A model generated the notes under the pieces. The model worked only from the letters and a program-made list of their open reading frames with translations. It was not told where the DNA came from and made no database searches. DNA of 64,000 nucleotides. It comes from Antedon mediterranea (Eukaryota > Animalia > Echinodermata). The stretch spans positions 14,765,045 through 14,829,044 of the forward strand of contig NC_092680.1 in NCBI RefSeq assembly GCF_964355755.1. The letters run 5' to 3'. Positions within the stretch are counted from its first letter, which is position 1. Every line of letters begins with the position of its first letter. This document shows positions 1 through 13,128 of this stretch, piece after piece. The translations under genes were made by a program, and so were the position numbers.

Positions 1-1554
1 GATGCTGTTGCTGGTGTGGGCATTTCGCCAGACTTATGGGAAAGCAAAGTGATTTGTGCCAACTTCGATGGTGCAAGTGTAATGATGGGGGATGTTAATG
101 GAGTGGCAGGTAGACTGAAACGGAGAATACCACACATCGTAATTCTGCATTGTGTTGCCCACAAACTAGAGTTGGCAGTATTAGATGCTATTAAAAAGCT
201 GCCATTTCTACTTGAATTTGAAGAGACAATTAAGTCGGTATTCAAAATGTACTATTACTCACCAAAGAAAAGGCGTGAACTAAAGGAGATTGGACGATTA
301 ATCGAGGAAAAGGTAGCCCACTTCAGTGGACTTAAATCAACAAGATGGGTGCCAAGCCGCCTAAGAAGCCTGAAGGCTATTGAAACCAATTATGCAGCAA
401 CAATCATGCATCTGGAAAACATGTCCACATCACAAAGAGGTGAAGAAGCTGCCAAGGCCAGAGGCATAATGAAGGCCATGCAAACCACTAGATTTGTAAA
501 ATGTCTGCATTTCATGATCGATTACTCTACAATTCTAGCCAAATGTAGTGAGGGTTTCCAGCATGAACAAATATTCATAGGACATGTTAAAGAAATCATA
601 CAGTCCACTACATCAAAGTTGATAAGGCTCAAGACAGTGCCTGGAGAATCATCAGCTATTAGCTCAGTGACCTTTTGACAGGTAAATTATATTGTTTTGT
701 AATTATTTATGAGTAATGATTATTATAAATATAATATAATAAAATAGGATCAATTTATTTATCATAATTTATTGTCTTCTTCAGGTGAAAATCGGCAGAC
801 TTACAAGGGAGTAAACCTCACCAATAGACGGCAGTCTCGCTTGATCCCTGAAGCTATCCCAGACAGCAGTGATTTCAGTAAGGTCTTGGATGATACTGTT
901 AAGTACCTTGACGCACGATTTGCAAACTTCGACGAAGAACCATTGTCTTGTTTCGATATATTTGATATTTCGAAATTGCCCCATGATAGGCAGGCAGTGT
1001 CAACCTATGGCGACAGAGACATTGAAATGCTTGTAAAGCATTTTGAATCTGTGTTGACAGATGATGAAATTAAAGCAATCCCTGATGAATGGTCAGATTT
1101 GAAGATTTGGATGTCAGCCCACAGAGGAGTTGGACGATTAATTGATTTATATGGAGATCTTATAAGAGAGAATCCACCTCATCTGAGTAAAGTTCTTGTT
1201 TTGTTGCAGGTCCTTCTCACTCTAAGTCCATCCACAGCTGCTTGCGAAAGGGGGTTCTCCACTATGAATCGAGTAAAAACATGCCACAGAACCTCCCTAT
1301 TACCTGACACATTAAACAATCTAATGCAAATATCTGCAGATGGATGTAAGGTTGAAGAGTACTCCCCAGATAAGGCAGTAGAACATTGGTTTTTCTCTGC
1401 TAAAGGTACAAGACATCTTGAGCACAAGACCCCAGCAAAATCGAATGTTGTGGTTGATGAATCAGAATCTGAGGAGGAACAACATAGGCCTATTTTTGAA
1501 GCAGCAGCAGAATTTGAATCTGGATCAGATGAAGAAACAGATTCTGATTTTTAA
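1..1554 (+). pseudogene. hAT-family (ZNF862-like) transposase, 3' part, two exons
   Basis: Motifs NFDGASVMMG, HCVAHKLELAV, YYYSPKK, STRW and the C-terminal dimerisation motif PSTAACERGFSTMNRVKT. GT-AG intron 682-784. An apparent 1-nt frameshift near 660 is needed to join the exons. Confidence 0.9.
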
Positions 1555-2000
1555 ATTAAAATGTCACGTCCTTAAGTCTCCAGTCTCGCTACAACTAAAA
1601 AATACATTTATGTTGTTATTTTTAAAAACCAATTAGTTTTAACTTTACGTAATTATAATAAACAATTACGTTATTAAAGTACTTTTTATATTATATCTAA
1701 CATAAAGAAAAGAAATGTATACAAACCCAATATTACAATGGCTCAATCCAATACTTTTTTCCAGCTACTTTTGTAGAATATAGTTCAAGTTAGTTCTGTA
1801 ACTTTACATGCATGGTTTATTTTTTTTTATTTTAGATACTGAGTGTAAGTCACTCTCACTGTGTATTTGTGTTTATAAACTACTGTAATTAGTTTATTAA
1901 ATTGTACCTTTTTTTACATGATATTTGTGCAAGACTGTTTCATTTGTGTAAACTCAAATTATAGTAAAATTTTGGTAAAACGTTGAAATTAAGTTAAAAT

Positions 2001-2094
2001 AGTGGTGGGCAAGTAAAAAATGATGAGGGCAACTAAAACCCAAATCCTACTTGCCCGAAGGGCAACCAAATATTTTAGGATTCTGCGAGCCCTG
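2001..2094 (+). mobile_element. 3' terminus of the hAT element
   Basis: Ends ...TTCTGCGAGCCCTG (reverse complement CAGGGCTCGCAGAA, hAT-like TIR), with subterminal GGGCAA/TTGCCC motifs, and abuts a minisatellite. Confidence 0.7.
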
Positions 2095-2320
2095 GGAAGG
2101 CTACTGTACATTATAAATCATAGAAAGGCTTTATTACATAGGAAGGCTACTGTACATTATAAATCATAGAAAGGCTTTATTACATAGGAAGGCTACTGTA
2201 CATTATAAATCATAGTAAGGGTTTATTACATAGGAAGGCTACTGTACATTATAAATCATAGTAAGGGTTTATTACATAGGAAGGCTACTGTACATTATAA
2301 ATCATAGTAAGGGTTTATTA
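2095..2320. repeat. 46-bp minisatellite, about 4.9 copies
   Basis: Unit GGAAGGCTACTGTACATTATAAATCATAG(A/T)AAGG(C/G)TTTATTACATA starting at 2095, 2141, 2187, 2233, 2279. Confidence 0.95.
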
Positions 2321-3120
2321 TAAATTTTGAAACAAAGTATAAACAAAACCAAACATGTATAATGTTATAAATTAAATATAAATAAATTTGTGGAAAGAGA
2401 TTTAAAACTAATAGTCAACATTTAAAATTACATTTGAAGATACACAGAAGAGAGAAAACATACTGTACTGTATAAATGTTAATGTTCTGTGTGTTACTGT
2501 TTTTTGTACACACACACTTTCAATTTCAAAGTGTACACTGTTAGTAAATTGTTGTTTTAACATTTATTATAGTACTATGATACCTTTAGGACTTAATTAT
2601 TGTATTATTTTAATTCACTTTATTGTGTCTCTCCAATGTATATTTTCAAATGGCTTTTATTCTCACAATATTCAGATTCATTGTGCGAGTTCTAATGTTT
2701 TTTAAAAATTCTCACTTTATGGCAATGGTTTATTATTATCTATTTTGTTTGATTGACATTGTTTTATAGTATTAAATCTTTAAAACTCATAATAAACTTC
2801 AATGTATTATTTTTTTTTCTCTCTTTTGTGGCGTTAACCACTATTTTATGATTGAATGATTTTACAGTACACTTCATCCAAATATATATTCCCTTGTTAT
2901 TCTGTTCTGTTATTTTCTTGTACTTTCTTGTATCTTTTGGACAAAGGTATATATATAAATAAATAAATATTTACAATATATAAAATGCAATACAATTACT
3001 CAACTATTCTATGCTTTATAGATACAGAAGCATCCAAGAGAGAACATGTGTTGCTTCAATTCCAAACTTATATATGGTATAAACATTAATGTATTTCCAT
3101 AAATCATTTGCTTCAGTACA

Positions 3121-4199
3121 TTGGTAAAAGAAGTGTTTATCATCTATTATTACGGTAATATTGCATTTAAAGAGCCTTCTATTGGTAGGAATAATACAAT
3201 GCAATAGTTTGAAATTTAGCTGTTAAAGTTTGTTATCTTTAATATCATTTACTTTTCTTTTCCATGTCTTTAATGCCATAAACTTACAATATTTTGTTTT
3301 AAATTGTCAAAAATGACGGCCATTTTGAAATTGAAAACCCCCTTGCCTATGAACACAAAATGAGCAAATACTTTTTGGATTCAGTGATGTATATTCTACA
3401 ACATATCCAAATTTTATCAAATATAGCAAATAAAAATGCAACCTTCCAAAATATCCTAGACTATTATGCTGGCTTTACTTGCCAACTTCTTTTAAGTCAT
3501 GCGATATGTGGTCACTTTTATCAGGAGATGAAAAAAGAAATGTGGTGAAGGAGTGAAGGAGGTGCCAACTTTGGCCTTGATGCATACTGCGAAATAGAGC
3601 ATATTTCTGCTGAAAGGATGGCAACTGTTGACCATCTAACAAATATTGACAAATTAAGGAACAACATACTTTTGAAGGAAACCCTATCGGAATTGTTAAA
3701 TTCAACAACTAAACAAAAGATACCCTATTTGGCTAAGACGTTGACTGAAACCGATATGGTCTATATCGTAATAGGTGTTAAAGTAATGATGCGACAAACT
3801 GATATTCTAAGCACATCCCACTCACCAATATCTATGATGAAAACAAAATCCATCTATCAACATATATTGGATCGATATAGTTATCCAGCAGGACAGTATC
3901 TAATCAGAAGACATTCTGCTCAGAAAATATCATTGTAAAATTAAAAACCATGGCAAATACTGGCACAACATTAGTTCGAAGTAAAATAAAAGATTCCACT
4001 AGCAACATATATTTGACATCAAAGCAAAAGAAAGAAAAGAAATTAGAGGCATTGGCTGTAAGGAATACCAAAGTACAAAAAGTAGTTCAAAGTGAATTCA
4101 ACCTATGCCAATCTTTCCTGGACTGGAAAGGCAAGAAATTGGCATTAGGAAAGCATGCTGGTGTAAAGAAGTCATTACTAAACTTACTCATAACAAACG

Positions 4200-4231
<32 letters not shown>

Positions 4232-4839
4232 ATGCGAGAAAATGGGCCTCATTTCTTTCAGACTGCAAGGAAAGCATATACCACAAGTATTTAGAAATAC
4301 TATAATATACACAACAGTTGAATTTGCAGGCTCAAAATTTCAAGCAAAATGTTCAACTGGTCTTCAATATGTTGAACATGTACAAAGACTGCTTTTAAAG
4401 CCACGCAATAGCACCAACATCATAATATGCGAGGAAAATTTTTTTTTCACTCCAGATTTTTTTTAAATGGGCGAAAGACAAAATTTAAAGAAGGAAAAGA
4501 CCAAAGTGTCAAGCCTTCATTTGCTCATATGTAAGCAGCACAGAAATTAGACCCCTATAAAATTTAGTTCAAGGACCTGTGGAATCACATGACCTCCTTT
4601 GCAGCTAAGGTTGGGTCTCTGGAATTTGACTTATTATCATTAAATAGTCAGATACTGAGAAACCAACACTTGCATTTACTTTGTGTGTATTATTTCACAG
4701 ATCATTTTGGGACCCGGATAACAAATTTGGCGATCCTGCCAGGACCATACTTATATTAAAGAAGTTGAACAAAGAAGTACCACTTAGAGAATTTAAGTAT
4801 GGAGCAACAGAACCTGACCCAAAAGTTATTCCAGTTAAC
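3121..4839 (+). repeat. ~1.7 kb direct duplication, copy A (degenerate TE-like ORFs plus a truncated exon)
   Basis: Near-identical to 5677-7350. ORF 3618-3938 is identical in translation to ORF 6164-6484. Confidence 0.95.
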
Positions 4840-5676
4840 TTTTGTTTCTTTTATTAGACACAAGAAGAAATAACCAAATTACCCCACCATCCATCTCATA
4901 CCAAAAGGCAGTTAGTATTGCAAATGGGTGAACATTTTTAGTAGACTGCCAATCAATGATCGATGCTTCAATGTGACAAACTGTGGCATATTCCGTTTGT
5001 AGTATGGTGCTAACTTGAGTAACAGATCACTAGGTGCTTGCGCTTTACCCAGTGCACCAGCTCCTTCTGAATTGGCAAGTTGTTTTTCCATGTTTTGTGT
5101 GTAGAATTCTTTGTTGACGTCTGACTTGGGCATATCATGCTTAATATTTAACGCTGCATCATGCACCTGAATTGGTAAACCATATTCTAAATCTAAGAGA
5201 CATGTTTGGCAGACATTTTTAATCTTACTGCACGTTTGGCAAACCTCTGTTTTCTTAAACCTCATTCTGGCACCAGGACAGCAACAATATATAGTGAAAG
5301 GCCGCTCACAAATTTTGCATTCCTTTCCAAATTTCTCTTTAATCATTCTGACATACGGATTATCCCCAAGACAAGTCTGACAAAGAATCGGGAAATCTGC
5401 ATCTTCCCAACCTTGTCTATTGTAAGTATTTGCTCCCTTGCTTGTCGCCATCTTGGTTTTTGAAGTAAAAATCTAAAGTAAACAGGTTAAATATTTGTTC
5501 TGTTGTTTATATAAATCTATTAAAATCTTTCTTAGTATAGCCACATTGATAGGCCGTAAAAAAACAATTTGGTTTTCAATTTGAAAACCCCTCACTATAG
5601 AATGGCTTACAAATATAGAAAGCAATATAAAATATATCAAACCTCTGTCACGACGAGCAGGCCACGATGTAACCAA
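4840..5676 (-). pseudogene. RBM22: Internally deleted copy of pre-mRNA splicing factor RBM22
   Basis: ORF 4912-5451 ([36 protein letters not shown]...[16 protein letters not shown]...PYYKRN) is the RBM22/Slt11 N-terminus. Similarity stops before the CCCH finger and RRM. It is followed by UTR-like sequence, AATAAA (4850-4855) and an A-rich end. Confidence 0.92.
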
Positions 5677-7350
5677 TTGGTAAAAGAAGTATTTATCATC
5701 TATTATTACGGTAATATTGCATTTAAAGAGCCTTCTATTGGTAGGAATAATACAATGCAATTTAGCTGTTAAAGTTTGTTATCTTTAATATCATTTACTT
5801 TTCTTTTCCATGTCTTTTAATGCCATAAACTTACAATATTTTGTTTTAAATTGTCAAAAATGACGGCCATTTTGAAATTGAAAACCTCCTTGCCTATGAA
5901 CACAAAATGAGCAAATACTTTTGGATTCAGTGATGTCTATTCTACAACATATCCAAATTTTATCAAATATAGCAAATAAAAATGCAACCTTCCAAAATAT
6001 CCTAGACTATTATGCTGGCTTTACTTGCCAACTTCTTTTAAGTCATGCGATATCTGGTCACTTTTATCTGGAGATGAAAAAAGAAATGTGGTGAAGGAGT
6101 GAAGGAGGTGCTAACTTTGGCCTTGATGCATACTGCGAAATAGAGCATATTTCTGCTGAAAGGATGGCAACTGTTGACCATCTAACAAATATTGACAAAT
6201 TAAGGAACAACATACTTTTGAAGGAAACCCTATCGGAATTGTTAAATTCAACAACTAAACAAAAGATACCCTATTTGGCTAAGACGTTGACTGAAACCGA
6301 TATGGTCTATATCGTAATAGGTGTTAAAGTAATGATGCGACAAACTGATATTCTAAGCACATCCCACTCACCAATATCTATGATGAAAACAAAATCCATC
6401 TATCAACATATATTGGATCGATATAGTTATCCAGCAGGACAGTATCTAATCAGAAGACATTCTGCTCAGAAAATATCATTGTAAAATTAAAAACCATGGC
6501 AAATACTGGCACAACATTAGTTCGAAGTAAAATAAAAGATTCCACTAGCAACATATATTTGACATCAAAGCAAAAGAAAGAAAAGAAATTAGAGGCATTG
6601 GCTGTAAGGAATACCAAAGTACAAAAAGTAGTTCAAAGTGAATTCAACCTATGCCAATCTTTCCTGGACTGGAAAGGCAAGAAATTGGCATTAGGAAAGC
6701 ATGCCGGTGTAAAGAAGTCATTACTAAACTTACTCATAACAAACGTTTCAAAACAAAGAAAAAGAATGCGAGAAAATGGGCCTCATTTCTTTCAGACTGC
6801 AAGGAAAGCATATACCACAAGTATTTAGAAATACTATAATATACACAACAGTTGAATTTGCAGGCTTAAAATTTCAAGCAAAATGTTCAACTGGTCTTCA
6901 ATATGTTGAACATGTACAAAGACTGCTTTTAAAGCCACGCAATAGCGCCAACATCATAATATGCGAGGAAAATTTTTTTTTCACTCCAGATTTTTTTTAA
7001 ATGGGCGAAAGACAAAATTTAAAGAAGAAATTTGCTCATATGTAAGCAGCACAGAAATTAGACCCCTATAAAATTTAGTTCAAGGACCTGTGGAATCACA
7101 TGACCTCCTTTGCAGCTAAGGTTGGGTCTCTGGAATTTGACTTATTATCATTAAATAGTCAGATACTGAGAAACCAACACTTGCATTTACTTTGTGTGTA
7201 TTATTTCACAGATCATTTTGGGACCCGGATAACAAATTTGGCGATCCTGCCAGGACCATACTTATATTAAAGAAGTTGAACAAAGAAGTACCACTTAGAG
7301 AATTTAAGTATGGAGCAACAGAACCTGACCCAAAAGTTATTCCAGTTAAC
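5677..7350 (+). repeat. ~1.7 kb direct duplication, copy B
   Basis: Matches 3121-4839. Differences are the A-run at 4200-4229 and a ~30 bp indel near 4492-4520. Confidence 0.95.
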
Positions 7351-7413
7351 GAAAGATATCAGGGGAAACTCTATGATCTGGGAAAGAACCAGCTCCAAGA
7401 ACTTGGATTTTAG
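7212..7413 (+). pseudogene. Terminal coding exon of an unidentified gene
   Basis: Acceptor TTTCACAG, then SFWDPDNKFGDPARTILILKKLNKEVPLREFKYGATEPDPKVIPVNERYQGKLYDLGKNQLQELGF*. Protein-like composition but family not recognised. Confidence 0.5.
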
Positions 7414-7855
7414 GGTTAATTTTTCATTATATAATTTAGGCCTAAGTAGCATTTTAATTTTTATATCATTATAATGTTTGATATAAGGAACAATTATTAG
7501 TTGTATGTTATTTAGTTCTATAATCATGTTTTATATTCAAAATTGCCAAATTAAGATACCTATTGTTTGAATGCTAGAGCGAGCTGGGATTTACCATTAT
7601 CACTCGGGTGATGGTTATGTTTATTTTTCGGTGACCTATTTAATGTTCATATACTAGTTTATGTGATTTTAATTTCTTTGGTTAAAAACTGTAATCAATA
7701 ATTGTGGAAATTATTTTTAGTCATAATAATTGACCCCGCTTTATAATGGACGATGACGAGTTGCATATAAACTTAGTATAAAAAGTACATATTAAAAATC
7801 ACTGTTTGGTTGCAAAATTTGTACCAAGAGATTCATGTAAAATGTTTTCCTTTAG

Positions 7856-9128
7856 AATCTGGTCCACAATACCGTTCCGGTAACAATAGGGAGTCTACTA
7901 CTACTACTAGGCCTACTAGTAGTAGTGGTAGTAGGCCTACTACTACAACTAGTGGGCCACTTCCAACATCGTGGATGAGCATAGGAGGCTATTCCGAAGA
8001 ACACCAATCGTAAGGATATATATATATTTAAATTAAAAATGTGCTTTATAAACCTATTATATAATACACACTCTTAAAACAAAAGTGTTACATTTAACAC
8101 TAACACTACAAGGACGTTTGCAAAGTGTTACATTTAATAATGTGAGAGGGATAGATACCGGTACTACGTCGCGGTAGGATTTTTATACACTAAGTATACA
8201 GGAGTGTAATTGCTAACTTGTTGGGTAATGGATTGATAGCTGCTTCTTTAAAACGAACAATTATATTAGTCCGAATTATACTGATAATTTATCCATCTAT
8301 GCGCCAATCAATATGCACGTAGCCGCATTAAAATGAAACATTGACGTTCGATTGAATTTGCCGCTAATTGGAGGCCCTTCAGACCGTCATCATTATATAT
8401 TTATAAAAGATACCAATCCAAACAACAAACAAAGCCTATGCTCACATTGGCAAGACTAGTATTCCGTGATCACAGGAATGGTCGAATATTATAGAAGACA
8501 AAATGAATAAGAATCAATACATTTTTGAACAGTTAGGCCTATATTAAGGATGACGGAGATGCTTTTAAATGTTACACTGCCCGCCGCACACATCATTGAA
8601 TCTCCTGGGAAATACATTAACCATAACAAGATTTTCTATAATGTACACACTCACTTTCATTTTGATTCCAGAGATGTTTTTGGCCTCAGCCACTATGCTA
8701 AATGGGGAAAACTGTTTAAATGTTTTAATGAAATTTTTCATTTACGTGCGTTTATTTTCTATAGATTTAATCTTGGCTATCTCAGTCCGGCCTTACGCAA
8801 CTTCTTCACGCAACACAAGTAAGACTTTATTGTTGAAAATTTAGGCATAAAGAAAATAGGTACTAAGTCGTACTTTATTGATATAATAAAACATATAGGT
8901 TAGGTCTGCCATACTTTCTGCAGGTTTAAGCAGTAGAACTGAAATGAACAATATAATTTTGTTTTCAGCAAGACATTTGACAAAAGAAATTATGTGTCTG
9001 CCAACAAAGGACTGCATTGAGGTACCGTCTCTAGCATACCAGCGTATACTGCAGGCGAACGGCATTGGAAAGAAAAAGATACGGTTTACCTGTAATGCAG
9101 ATGCCGAAGAGGTCCGAAGTATACTAAG
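7856..9128 (+). pseudogene. N-terminal exons of a G2E3-like HECT-associated gene
   Basis: Exon 7856-8009 is S/T-rich. Exon 8969-9128 reads EIMCLP...VPSLAYQRILQANGIGKKKIRF...EEVRSIL, resembling the N-terminal domain of expanded G2E3-like genes. Canonical splice sites. Confidence 0.5.
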
Positions 9129-9514
9129 GTATAGATTTTACATTCTGACTTTAGCATGTTATTAAAATATTACTCTCGGCCGAAGAGTATTGTATGCAAA
9201 ATGTGGTTATGTAGGTCTATGCCTGTTCTAAATTCTGGAAATTTGAATTTACTTTTAAACACTTTGGAGAAGACCTATAGTGTTTCAATTCTATAGCGGG
9301 GCCTTTCATTAATTTTTCTGACATCGGTATTAAGTTTCACAATTTGTAATCTTTCTCCACAAAAATAAGACAACAAAAACCTTATAGGCCTACACTATAT
9401 TATCATATTGCAATTTAATTGAAAGATTATTTTCTATAAACTGATGTTTTCTGTTACGGTATTCAATGGAAATGTTTATGTAATGTAAGTGTGACATTAG
9501 CCCAAACGTTTTAG

Positions 9515-10240
9515 GCAATACATTATGATGTCAGAGCTGATGGATTCCCCTGTGAAAAGGAAAACGTCCGTGTCCGGAGTTGTAGAAGAGGTATCTGAAT
9601 AGTGAATGCATTACCAGGGTTAATAGAGAAGCCAAATTAATTATATAATGTTGAAGGTTGTGAATCGACCTTTAGGAGTAATGGTACAACGGTATTGTTG
9701 TACTGTAGTAATTAAATGTGGACAAGATTGGTCTTTCATTTAAAGACTAATATCGTGTGATGTTGAATGCTCATGCAAGACATAGAAATTGATGTTCTGT
9801 TAATTAAGAGATATGTTGTGAAATAAATGTTGTTTTGAATGTTGCAGGTGTACCCTATGAGGGTTGATAGCAAATGGAAATGACTCGATTTCCGGATTTC
9901 GGACGGGGGAGTAACAGCATTAAGTGCAAACTATGGAATCAATGTTCATCACAACTTGATGAAGAAAGTGTTGGAAAGAAAATTATAGTTAAAAACGTTG
10001 AGGTTGACATGTTCAACAATGTTAAAAGTGTACAGTCAACTGATTTAACCACGGTGGAGGTAATGTTTAGTCAGAAAATATGTTATTTAAACGGTGGTCA
10101 CAATTTGTTCAATGCAAATGAAGACTGTTTCGTTTACCTATTTCTTTAATTATTAAAATAACCAGGAAGTGTGTTTATTTCAGTTCGTAGAAGAAGAATG
10201 TAAAGTAAAGGTGACCATCATTGGTGTAGATGAAGAAGAG
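9515..10240 (+). pseudogene. RPA-like OB-fold gene fragment (paralog 1), three exons
   Basis: Exons 9515-9590 (DSPVKRKTSVSGVVEE), 9848-10059 (IKCKLWN...GKKIIVKNVEVDMFNNVKSVQSTDLTTVE) and from 10184 (VKVTIIGVD). Confidence 0.65.
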
Positions 10241-10469
10241 TACTTTAACGTTATTACATTACTGCATGTACATGCCATAAGAATGTTTACTGCGTTAGAG
10301 AATAATTGAAAGTTCATCCCACTTTTATTTCCATAAAAACATATATATTGTACAGTTCTGTTATACATCACTTTATATGTTTTGACCCATTGTGTTTTTA
10401 AATACGTTGACAAAAATCTTATCTTATATACTTTAATTTATTTTATTATTAACTATTTATTATAAAAAA

Positions 10470-10820
10470 AACCTCCATCCATTAAATGGAAACCACAAAG
10501 GCTTCCAGATTTAGTACAAATTCTACACAAAATTGCGAAAATACAATATGCACACGACTGGCGGGCAATTCTTACGTTATCCCTAGATTAAAAAAATATA
10601 CAGTGCCAAATTCGGTTTGGATAGGGAAATCTGAAGAAGAAAAAAACCATTATGTTTCACGATTTCTGAAAATATCACTGAACAAAACAAAACACAGTTG
10701 AAAAAACAACAACATCTAAAGACAGGAAATTAATTATTCCTGCAACACCACAATGCGCTAAAAAACCAGGACAAAAAAAGTACCAGAGTTGCAAAAACCA
10801 CATCATTCAGAAAGAAATAA
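10470..10820 (+). mobile_element. C-terminal fragment of a Mutator-like transposase
   Basis: Frameshifted IKWKPQRLPDLVQILHKIAKIQY...GNSYVIPRLKKYTVPNSVW...AKKPGQ. Confidence 0.4.
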
Positions 10821-10955
10821 GATTTGTATCTAGGTCTGACGGAAGTAATGGTGAAGATTCTAATGACATAATGTAATTGGTGTAATAATCAATAATATGT
10901 GTTCCATTTTTGTACAATATACTAAGCAAAAATTATGCAACGTTTACCTTTTCAG

Positions 10956-11270
10956 GCTGTTCAGGTTCTTCTAAAGTCTTCCATAATATGCTACTGAAGT
11001 ATATGCCAAAGCAAAGTCACGACAGCCACGAGTGTATGGTGGCAAGAGGCTGTTCAGCAGTATTAGACTATAACGAGTGTATGGTGGCAAGAGGCTGTTT
11101 AGCAGTATTGGACTATAACTTGCATACTTGCCGAGAGGCTGAAATAGACCACAAGTATTCGGTCGAATGGTCAAAGCCTTCAAAGAGATATGTGGCAAAA
11201 TGTGTCAGGAAGCCAAAAGATTATGTGTTCAGGACCGATTTAATGAAGGGCGTATTTGAACAAGCTATTC
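10956..11270 (+). mobile_element. Kolobok-type transposase C-terminal fragment with an in-frame 45-bp tandem duplication
   Basis: KVFHNMLLKYMPK...MVARGCLAVLDYN...WSKPSKRYVAK...KDYVF. The segment ECMVARGCxAVLDYN is duplicated at 11028-11117. Confidence 0.65.
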
Positions 11271-12158
11271 AAGTCTTCAATATTTCTACAATATACGGTG
11301 GTTATAAGCAGTTTATGCACTGTAGCACAGAATTACTATTAGGATACAGTAATTAATTTTTTTTAATTCACATTGTGTTTTAGTCAAAACGGTTAAATTG
11401 TGGACTTCGAACAGTATCGAACGTTTAAGAGGGTGTTTTTAATGTACTGATTGGCAAGTATTTTATGAGTCGTCATCAAATGTGAATGAAATGGTGGATG
11501 TTATAACATCATATAATTGATAGCAATGGCCCTGGTGCATGGTGGAATATCTACGTTTTTTCGACCTACGACAAAGCCACAGTCGGTCAAGAGTTTCTAA
11601 ATTATTTGTGAAGAAATTCAACGGTTCCGTATTCTCCTACCCACCTACCATTCAAAAAGGTAAAAGGTTCGCTGATGCATTCAAGTTTAATTACCTCTCA
11701 CCATTTAAGTAAGCACACATAGTTGATCACAAAGCAACCCCTCTCTAGACTAGTCCTGCTATGTTTATTTTACTCAACTTTTTATGTAAAAACCGTACAT
11801 ATCATAGTTTTATTCACTACATGCCTGTGTTGATTACTATATTTTCACCACTCAAATGTGCAGTTATGCAATTTGTTCTTAATCATAGACTTGTTTTAAC
11901 ACACTAAAAACAAATAAAATAATGATGCAGAATTCTTTTTTAAGTACAGTCTTTAAAATTAATGAAAAATGGAGGTACGGTAATGTGGGATCCAAAGTAA
12001 TTTACAAGATTTAATAATGTTCCTGATAAAGTTGAAAACAAATGTGACAATGCTGAAAATAATATGATTTTATGATGATATTAATGTGAATAAAAGTTGT
12101 ATTTACGAAAACAAAAGAGAAAAAAAACATGATAAATTATTAGTTGATCTATAACTAA

Positions 12159-12169
<11 letters not shown>

Positions 12170-12189
<20 letters not shown>
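12170..12189. repeat. (AAT)n microsatellite
   Basis: Direct reading of the sequence. Confidence 0.8.
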
Positions 12190-12747
12190 CAGAATAAAAA
12201 TAATTATAATGATGATAGTCGACCTACATCAAGCGATTTTATTCATATTATAATACAATTAAAATTTTGTTTAAAACAATTCAGATACAGTCTGTAACTC
12301 CAATAGATGGCCTAAGAACCAGTGGATGAGACTGAAGACTTCTTATATTTATCGGAACACATATGTTACATCAATGGATGTAAAAACAGTTAAGAGAGAG
12401 AATATGCATTGTTAATTAAATATATGTTTGATCGAAACAAATGTATACGATGATATAGTTAGAATAGATTATATGTATACAAAGAAGAAATCAGTACTAG
12501 TAGAAATTATATAAGAACAGGTTACGAAATGAATACAACTGATTGCTGTAATCAGAAGAAAAAACAAACATTGTTAATAGAAAAAAAAAGTAAAACTACT
12601 GAGGAAACGGAAATGTAATATATTATATGAAATGAGAGTATATACAACAATTGTAATATATTTATGAAAGATTGAATGATGAATAAAGGTGGTGGCTACC
12701 ACAAAAGATCCAAAAAAAAATCAATGGTTGTAAAAACCCATATAGTA

Positions 12748-13128
12748 AAGCGCCGTTAAATTTTATGTCTTGGACAGAATACGTTCCAGATTTGAAAGGT
12801 TTGTAAATAATTGTTTTATAACTTTTCACAAATGTCTATTGCTAAAAACATTGTTTACGCGGTAACATAATAACTCAAAATCGTCGTTTGGGCAGTTCAA
12901 TTAGTTAAATTGATACATCAGACTTATCTCCAATGGGATTTGACAGAAAAATCAAAGTGAATTTCTTCACAAAAGAGGGGCCTTCAGCTAAGGGGTATCC
13001 TAAAGTTTCAACATGTGCATCAATTGTTCACTTACCAAGGGGAATAGAAGACCCAATTCTCTATTAACTTATATATAGAAATATTTGATGACGCAGTTAT
13101 ATTGGGAAAAGGTTTTGGTAAGTTGTGA
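12748..13128 (+). pseudogene. G2E3-like HECT E3 ligase fragments
   Basis: AVKFYVLDRIRSRFER|gt is homologous to 55214-55263. The C-lobe PMGFDRKIKVNF...YPKVSTCASIVHLP...GKGFGKL* carries the catalytic Cys motif. Confidence 0.7.

Noticed and set aside
4912-5451. Functional RBM22 gene
   Set aside because: It lacks the CCCH finger and RRM, has lost conserved residues (RTT deleted, FRWC changed to YCCC) and runs into UTR-like sequence.
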